Shown here in pieces: positions 55,217 through 64,000 of a DNA stretch of 64,000 bases; position 1 is the stretch's first letter, and every line of letters begins with the position of its first letter. A program made the translations under genes and the position numbers. Where the stretch lies: NCBI GenBank assembly GCA_040954595.2, contig CM082598.2:6773097-6837096 (forward strand), written 5' to 3'. The notes below the pieces were generated by a model. That model saw only the letters and a program-made list of their open reading frames with translations, made no database searches and was not told where the DNA came from. The DNA is from Balanoglossus misakiensis. Lineage: Eukaryota; Animalia; Hemichordata.

Positions 55217-58200
55217 AATTCTCGGGGCTGACAAACTGTGTTATGGGAATTCTCGGGGCTCACAAACTGTGTCATGGGAATTCTCGGGGCTCACAAACTG
55301 TGTTATGGGAATTGTCGGGGCTCACAAACTGTGTTATGGGAATTCTCGGGGCTCACAATCTGTGTCATGGGAATTCTCGGGGCTCACAAACTGTGTTATA
55401 GGAATTCTCGGGCCCACAAACTGTGTCATGGGAATTCTCGGGGCTCACAAACTGTGTTATGGGAATTATCGGGGCTCACAAACTGTGTTATGGGAATTCT
55501 CGGGGCTCACAAACTGTGTTATGGGAATTCTCGGGGCTCACAAACTGTGTTATAGGAATTCTCGGGGCTCACAATCTGTGTTATGGGAATTCTCGGGGCT
55601 CACAAACTGTGTCATGGGAATTCTCGGGGCTCGCAAACTGTGTTATGGGAATTCTTGGGGCTCACAAACTGTGTTATGGGAATTCTCGGGGCTCACAAAC
55701 TGTGTTATGGGAATTCTCGGGGCTCACAAACTGTGTTATGGGAATTCTTGGGGCTCACAAACTGTGTTATGGGAATTCTCGGGGCTCACGAACTGTGTTA
55801 TGAGAATTCTCGGGGCTCACAAACTGTGTCATGGGAATTCTCGGGGCTCACGAACTGTGTTATGAGAATTCTCGGGGCTCACAAACTGTGTGATGGGAAT
55901 TCTCGGGGCTCACGAACTGTGTTATGGGAATTCTCGGGGCTCACAAACTGTGTTATGGGAATTCTCGGGGCTCACGAACTGTGTTATGGGAATTCTCGGG
56001 GCTCACAAACTGTGTTATGGGAATTCTTGGGGCTCACAAACTGTGTCATGGGAATTCTCGGGGCTCACAAACTGTGTCATGGGAATTCTCGGGGCTCACA
56101 AACTGTGTTATGGGAATTCTCGGGGCTCACAAACTGTGTTATGGTAATTCTTGGGGCTCACAAACTGTGATATGGGAATTCTCGGGGCTCACAAACTGTG
56201 TGATGGGAATTCTCGGGGCTCACGAACTGTGTTATGGGAATTCTTGGGGCTCACAAACTGTGTTATAGGAATTCTCGGGCCCACAAACTGTGTCATGGGA
56301 ATTCTCGGGGCTCACAAACTGTGTTATGGGAATTCTCGGGGCTCACAAACTGTGTTATGGGAATTCTCGGGGCTCACAAGCTGTGTTATGGGAATTCTCG
56401 GGGCTCACAAATTGTGTTATAGGAATTCTCGGGGCTCACAATCTGTGTTATGGGAATTCTCGGGGCTCACAAACTGTGTCATGGGAATTCTCGGGGCTAG
56501 CAAACAGTGTTATGGGAATTCTTGGGGCTCACAAACTGTGTTATGGGAATTCTTGGGGCTCACAAACTGTGTTATGGGAATTCTCGAGGCTCACAAACTG
56601 TGTTATGGGAATTCTTGGGGCTCACAAACTGTGTTATGGGAATTCTCGGGGCTCACGAACTGTGTTATGAGAATTCTCGGGGCTCACAAACTGTGTCATG
56701 GGAATTCTCGGGGCGCACAAACTGTGTTATGGTAATTCTCGGGGCTCACAAACTGTGTGATGGGAATTCTCGGGGCTCACGAACTGTGTTATGGGAATTC
56801 TCGGGGCTCACAAACTGTGTTATGGGAATTCTCGGGGCTCACGAACTGTGTTATGGGAATTCTCGGGGCTCACAAACTGTGTTATGGGAATTCTTGGGGC
56901 TCACAAACTGTGTCATGGGAATTCTCGGGGCTCACAAACTGTGTTATGGTAATTCTTGGGGCTCACAAACTGTGATATGGGAATTGTCGGGGCTCACAAA
57001 CTGTGTGATGGGAATTCTCGGGGCTCACGAACTGTGTTATGGGAATTCTTGGGGCTCACAAACTGTGTTATGGGAATTCTCGGGGCTCACAAACTGTGTT
57101 ATGGGAATTCTCGGGGCTCACAAACTGTGTTATGGGAATTCTCGGGTCTCACAATCTGTGTCATGGGAATTCTCGGGACTCACAATCTGTGTTATGGGAA
57201 TTCTCGGGTCTCCCAATCTTTGTCATGGGAATTCTCGGGGCTCACAAACTGTGTTATTGGAATTCTCGGGGCTCATAAACTGTGTTATGGGAATTCTTGG
57301 GGCTCACAAACTGTGTTATGGGAATTCTCGGGGCTCACAAACTGTGTGATGGGAATTCTCGGGGCTCACAAACTGTGTTATGGGAATTCTCGGGGATCAC
57401 AAACTGTGTTATGGGAATTCTCGGGGCTCACAAACTGTGTTATGGGAATTCTTGGGGCTCACAAACTGTGTTATGGGAATTCTCGGGGCTCACAAACTGT
57501 GTTATAGAAATTCTCGGGGCTCGCAAACTGTGTTATGGGAATTCTTGGGGCTCAAAAACTTTTTTATGGGAATTCTCGGGGTTCACAAACTGTGTTATGG
57601 GAATTCTCGGGGCTCACAATCTTTGTTATGGGAATTCTCGGGTCTCACAATCTGTGTCATGGGAATTCTCGGGGCTCACAAACTGTTTTATGGGAATTCT
57701 CGACGCTCACAAACTGTGTTATAGGAATTCTCGGGGCTGACAAACTGTGTTATGGGAATTCTCGGGGCTCACAAACTGTGTCATGGGAATTCTCGGGGCT
57801 CACAAACTGTGTTATGGGAATTCTCGGGGCTCACAAACTGTGTTATGGGAATTCTCGGGGCTCACAATCTGTGTCATGGGAATTCTCGGGGCTCACAAAC
57901 TGTGTTATAGGAATTCTCGGGGCTCACAAACTGTGTCATGGGAATTCTCGGGGCTCACAAACTGTGTTATGGGAATTCTCGGGGCTCACAAACTGTGTTA
58001 TGGGAATTCTCGGGGCTCACAATCTGTGTTATGGGAATTCCCGGGGCTCACAAACTGTGTCATGGGAATTCTCGGGGCTCGCAAACTGTGTTATGGGAAT
58101 TCTTGGGGCTCACAAACTGTGTTATGGGAATTCTCGGGGCTCACAAACTGTGTTATGGGAATTCTCGGGGCTCACAAACTGTGTTATGGGAATTCTTGGG

Positions 58201-61200
58201 GCTCACAAACTGTGTTATGGGAATTCTCGGGGCTCACGAACTGTGTTATGGGAATTCTCGGGGCTCACAAACTGTGTCATGGGAATTCTCGGGGCTCACA
58301 AACTGTGTTATGGTAATTCTCGGGGCTCACAAAATGTGTGATGGGAATTCTCGGGGCTCACGAACTGTGTTATGGGAATTCTCGGGGCTCACAAACTGTG
58401 TTATGGGAATTCTCGGGGCTCACGAACTGTGTTATGGGAATTCTCGGGGCTCACAAACTGTGTTATGGGAATTCTTGGGGCTCACAAACTGTGTCATGGG
58501 AATTCTCGGGGCTCACAAACTGTGTGATGGGAATTCTCGGGGCTCACAAACTGTGATATGGGAATTCTCGGGGCTCACAAACTGTGTGATGGGAATTCTC
58601 GGGGCTCACGAACTGTGTTATGGGAATTCTTGGGGCTCACAAACTGTGTCATGGGAATTCTCGGGGCTCACAAACTGTGTTATGGGAATTCTCGGGGCTC
58701 ACAAACTGTGTTATGGTAATTCTTGGGGCTCGCAAACTGTGTTATGGGAATTCTTGGGGCTCGCAAACTGTGTTATGGGAATTCTCGGGGCTCACAAACT
58801 GTGTTATAGGAATTCTCGGGGCTCACAAACTGTGTTATGGGAATTCTCGGGGCTCACGAACTGTGTTATGGGAATTCTTGGGGCTCACAAACTGTGTTAT
58901 GGGAATTCTCGGGGCTCACAAACTGTGTTATGGGAATTCTCGGGGCTCACAAACTGTGTTATGGTAATTCTTGGGGCTCACAAACTGTGTGATGGGAATT
59001 CTCGGGGCTCACAAACTGTGTTATGGGAATTCTCGGGGCTCACAAACTGTGTTATGGGAATTCTCGGGGCTCACAAACTGTGTTATGGGAATTCTCGGGG
59101 CTCACAATCTGTGTCATGGGAATTCTCGGGGCTCACAAACTGTGTTATAGGAATTCTCGGGGCTCACAAACTGTGTCATGGGAATTCTCGGGGCTCACAA
59201 ACTGTGTCATGGGAATTCTCGGGGCTCACAAACTGTGTTATGGGAATTCTCGGGGCTCACAAACTGTGTTATGGGAATTCTCGGGGCTCACAAACTGTGT
59301 TATAGGAATTCTCGGGGCTCACAATCTGTGTTATGGGAATTCTCGGGGCTCACAAACTGTGTCATGGGAATTCTCGGGGCTCGCAAACTGTGTTATGGGA
59401 ATTCTTGGGGCTCACAAACTGTGTTATGGGAATTCTCGGGGCTCACAAACTGTGTTATGGGAATTCTCGGGGCTCACAAACTGTGTTATGGGAATTCTCG
59501 GGGCTCACAAACTGTGTTATGGGAATTCTTGGGGCTCACAAACTGTGTTATGGGAATTCTCGGGGCTCACGAACTGTGTTATGAGAATTCTCGGGGCTCA
59601 CAAACTGTGTCATGGGAATTCTCGGGGCTCACAAACTGTGTTATGGTAATTCTCGGGGCTCACAAACTGTGTGATGGGAATTCTCGGGGCTCACAAACTG
59701 TGTTATGGGAATTCTCGGGGCTCACAAACTGTGTTATGGGAATTCTCGGGGCTCACAAACTGTGTTATGGGAATTCTCGGGGCTCACAAACTGTGTTATG
59801 GGAATTCTTGGGGCTCACAAACTGTGTCATGGGAATTCTCGGGGCTCACAAACTGTGTGATGGGAATTCTCGGGGCTCACAAACTGTGTTATGGGAATTC
59901 TCGGGGCTCACAAACTGTGTTATGGTAATTCTTGGGGCTCACAAACTGTGATATGGGAATTCTCGGGGCTCACAAACTGTGTGATGGGAATTCTCGGGGC
60001 TCACGAACTGTGTTATGGGAATTCTTGGGGCTCACAAACTGTGTCATGGGAATTCTCGGGGCTCACAAACTGTGTTATGGGAATTCTCGGGGCTCACAAA
60101 CTGTGTTATGGGAATTCTTGGGGCTCGCAAACTGTGTTATGGGAATTCTTGGGGCTCGCAAACTGTGTTATGGGAATTCTCGGGGCTCACAAACTGTGTT
60201 ATAGGAATTCTCGGGGCTCACAAACTGTGTTATGGGAATTCTCGGGGCTCACGAACTGTGTTATGGGAATTCTCGGGGCTCACAAACTGTGTTATGGGAA
60301 TTCTCGGGGCTCACAAACTGTGTTATGGGAATTCTTGGGGCTCACAAACTGTGTTATGGGAATTCTCGGGGCTCACGAACTGTGTTATGAGAATTCTCGG
60401 GGCTCACAAACTGTGTCATGGGAATTCTCGGGGCTCACGAACTGTGTTATGAGAATTCTCGGGGCTCACAAACTGTGTGATGGGAATTCTCGGGGCTCAC
60501 GAACTGTGTTATGGGAATTCTCGGGGCTCACAAACTGTGTTATGGGAATTCTCGGGGCTCACGAACTGTGTTATGGGAATTCTCGGGGCTCACAAACTGT
60601 GTTATGGGAATTCTTGGGGTTCACAAACTGTGTCATGGGAATTCTCGGGGCTCACAAACTGTGTGATGGGAATTCTCGGGGCTCACAAACTGTGTTATGG
60701 GAATTCTCGGGGCTCACAAACTGTGTTATGGTAATTCTTGGGGCTCACAAACTGTGTTATAGGAATTCTCGGGGCTGACAAACTGTGTTATGGGAATTGT
60801 CGGGGCTCACAAACTGTGTCATGGGAATTCTCGGGGCTCACAAACTGTGTTATGGGAATTGTCGGGGCTCACAAACTGTGTTATAGGAATTCTCGGGCCC
60901 ACAAACTGTGTCATGGGAATTCTCGGGGCTCACAAACTGTGTTATGGGAATTCTCGGGGCTCACAAACTGTGTTATGGGAATTCTCGGGGCTCACAAACT
61001 GTGTTATGGGAATTCTCGGGGCTCACAAACTGTGTTATAGGAATTCTCGGGGCTCACAATCTGTGTTATGGGAATTCTCGGGGCTCACAAACTGTGTCAT
61101 GGGAATTCTCGGGGCTCGCAAACTGTGTTATGGGAATTCTTGGGGCTCACAAACTGTGTTATGGGAATTCTCGGGGCTCACAAACTGTGTTATGGGAATT

Positions 61201-64000
61201 CTCGGGGCTCACAAACTGTGTTATGGGAATTCTTGGGGCTCACAAACTGTGTTATGGGAATTCTCGGGGCTCACGAACTGTGTTATGAGAATTCTCGGGG
61301 CTCACAAACTGTGTCATGGGAATTCTCGGGGCTCACGAACTGTGTTATGAGAATTTTCGGGGCTCACAAACTGTGTGATGGGAATTCTCGGGGCTCACGA
61401 ACTGTGTTATGGGAATTCTCGGGGCTCACAAACTGTGTTATGGGAATTCTCGGGGCTCACGAACTGTGTTATGGGAATTCTCGGGGCTCACAAACTGTGT
61501 TATGGGAATTCTTGGGGCTCACAAACTGTGTCATGGGAATTCTCGGGGATCACAAACTGTGTGATGGGAATTCTCGGGGCTCACAAACTGTGTTATGGGA
61601 ATTCTCGGGGCTCACAAACTGTGTTATGGTAATTCTTGGGGCTCACAAACTGTGATATGGGAATTCTCGGGGCTCACAAACTGTGTGATGGGAATTCTCG
61701 GGGCTCACGAACTGTGTTATGGGAATTCTTGGGGCTCACAAACTGTGTTATAGGAATTCTCGGGCCCACAAACTGTGTCATGGGAATTCTCGGGGCTCAC
61801 AAACTGTGTTATGGGAATTCTCGGGGCTCACAAACTGTGTTATGGGAATTCTCGGGGCTCACAAACTGTGTTATGGGAATTCTCGGGGCTCACAAATTGT
61901 GTTATAGGAATTCTCGGGGCTCACAATCTGTGTTATGGGAATTCTCGGGGCTCACAAACTGTGTCATGGGAATTCTCGGGGCTAGCAAACTGTGTTATGG
62001 GAATTCTTGGGGCTCACAAACTGTGTTATGGGAATTCTTGGGGCTCACAAACTGTGTTATGGGAATTCTCGGGGCTCACAAACTGTGTTATGGGAATTCT
62101 TGGGGCTCACAAACTGTGTTATGGGAATTCTCGGGGCTCACGAACTGTGTTATGAGAATTCTCGGGGCTCACAAACTGTGTCATGGGAATTCTCGGGGCG
62201 CACAAACTGTGTTATGGTAATTCTCGGGGCTCACAAACTGTGTGATGGGAATTCTCGGGGCTCACGAACTGTGTTATGGGAATTCTCGGGGCTCACAAAC
62301 TGTGTTATGGGAATTCTCGGGGCTCACGAACTGTGTTATGGGAATTCTCGGGGCTCACAAACTGTGTTATGGGAATTCTTGGGGCTCACAAACTGTGTCA
62401 TGGGAATTCTCGGGGCTCACAAACTGTGTGATGGGAATTCTCGGGGCTCACAAACTGTGTTATGGGAATTCTCGGGGCTCACAAACTGTGTTATGGTAAT
62501 TCTTGGGGCTCACAAACTGTGATATGGGAATTGTCGGGGCGCACAAACTGTGTGATGGGAATTCTCGGGGCTCACGAACTGTGTTATGGGAATTCTTGGG
62601 GCTCACAAACTGTGTTATGGGAATTCTCGGGGCTCACAAACTGTGTTATGGGAATTCTCGGGGCTCACAAACTGTGTTATGGGAATTCTCGGGTCTCACA
62701 ATCTGTGTCATGGGAATTCTCGGGACTCACAATCTGTGTTATGGGAATTCTCGGGTCTCCCAATCTTTGTCATGGGAATTCTCGGGGCTCACAAACTGTG
62801 TTATTGGAATTCTCGGGGCTCATAAACTGTGTTATGGGAATTCTTGGGGCTCACAAACTGTGTTATGGGAATTCTCGGGGCTCACAAACTGTGTGATGGG
62901 AATTCTCGGGGCTCACAAACTGTGTTATGGGAATTCTCGGGGATCACAAACTGTGTTATGGGAATTCTCGGGGCTCACAAACTGTGTTATGGGAATTCTC
63001 GGGGCTCACAAACTGTGTTATAGGAATTCTCGGGGCTCGCAAACTGTGTTATGGGAATTCTCGGGGCTCACAAACTTTTTTATGGGAATTCTCGGGGTTC
63101 ACAAACTGTGTTATGGGAATTCTCGGGGCTCACAATCTTTGTTATGGGAATTCTCGGGTCTCACAATCTGTGTCATGGGAATTCTCGGGGCTCACAAACT
63201 GTTTTATGGGAATTCTCGACGCTCACAAACTGTGTTATAGGAATTCTCGGGGCTGACAAACTGTGTTATGGGAATTCTCGGGGCTCACAAACTGTGTCAT
63301 GGGAATTCTCGGGGCTCACAAACTGTGTTATGGGAATTCTCGGGGCTCACAAACTGTGTTATGGGAATTCTCGGGGCTCACAATCTGTGTCATGGGAATT
63401 CTCGGGGCTCACAAACTGTGTTATAGGAATTCTCGGGGCTCACAAACTGTGTCATGGGAATTCTCGGGGCTCACAAACTGTGTTATGGGAATTCTCGGGG
63501 CTCACAAACTGTGTTATGGGAATTCTCGGGGCTCACAATCTGTGTTATGGGAATTCCCGGGGCTCACAAACTGTGTCATGGGAATTCTCGGGGCTCGCAA
63601 ACTGTGTTATGGGAATTCTTGGGGCTCACAAACTGTGTTATGGGAATTCTCGGGGCTCACAAACTGTGTTATGGGAATTCTCGGGGCTCACAAACTGTGT
63701 TATGGGAATTCTTGGGGCTCACAAACTGTGTTATGGGAATTCTCGGGGCTCACGAACTGTGTTATGAGAATTCTCGGGGCTCACAAACTGTGTGATGGGA
63801 ATTCTCGGGGCTCACAAACTGTGTTATGGTAATTCTCGGGGCTCACAAACTGTGTGATGGGAATTCTCGGGGCTCACGAACTGTGTTATGGGAATTCTCG
63901 GGGCTCACAAACTGTGTTATGGGAATTCTCGGGGCTCACGAACTGTGTTATGAGAATTCTCGGGGCTCACAAACTGTGTCATGGGAATTCTCGGGGCTCA
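55217..64000. repeat. Satellite B, right block: same 31-bp repeat, same orientation and phase, about 280 copies; continues off the right edge
   Basis: Resumes at AATTCTCGGGGCTGACAAAC, exactly completing the interrupted unit. Confidence 0.99.

Noticed and set aside
51062-55865. Cys/Pro/Tyr-rich repeat ORFs (PYNVCPS; 312 and 549 aa) resembling structural or adhesive proteins
   Set aside because: They result from 21/42-bp units being multiples of three. They are open on both strands and run through the TIR into satellite B.
24558-63832. Hundreds of + strand ORFs with a 31-aa period (MGILGAHKLCYGNSRGSQTVLWEFSGLTNCV), up to 503 aa
   Set aside because: The consensus 31-mer lacks + strand stop codons, so all three frames give the same peptide. 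Variants create stops and frameshifts freely, with no codon-level constraint.
24533-64000. CRISPR-like array (31-bp partly palindromic repeat)
   Set aside because: The units are head-to-tail with no unique spacers, there are no cas genes, and the context is eukaryotic TE and satellite DNA.

Overview
This is eukaryotic repetitive, heterochromatin-like DNA with no intact protein-coding gene. An animal host, possibly a marine invertebrate, is my inference from the element types. From left to right it contains: (1) 1-22750, an AT-rich ~192-bp satellite with variant monomers (124/176/191/192/196 bp) arranged in a 1071-bp hexameric higher-order repeat; (2) 22751-~24065, a minus-strand CR1/L2-type LINE reverse-transcriptase fragment, split by a 794-bp TTAA-flanked non-autonomous DNA transposon; (3) ~24066-24540, a short spacer holding degenerate relatives of the next repeat; (4) ~24533-64000, about 1,100 copies of a 31-bp satellite with kilobase-scale internal duplications. 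That array is interrupted at 51093-55216 by a 4.1-kb non-coding foldback element. The element has 100-bp perfect termini, inverted arms built of 21/42-bp minisatellites, a ~180-bp loop and an AATT (or GAATTC) target duplication, and it carries a nested 807-bp PIF/Harbinger-like MITE. An empty paralogue of the foldback insertion site lies at ~46991-47040. Nearly all ORFs in the track are translations of tandem repeats. I found no CRISPR or other prokaryotic system; the most unusual object is the foldback element.
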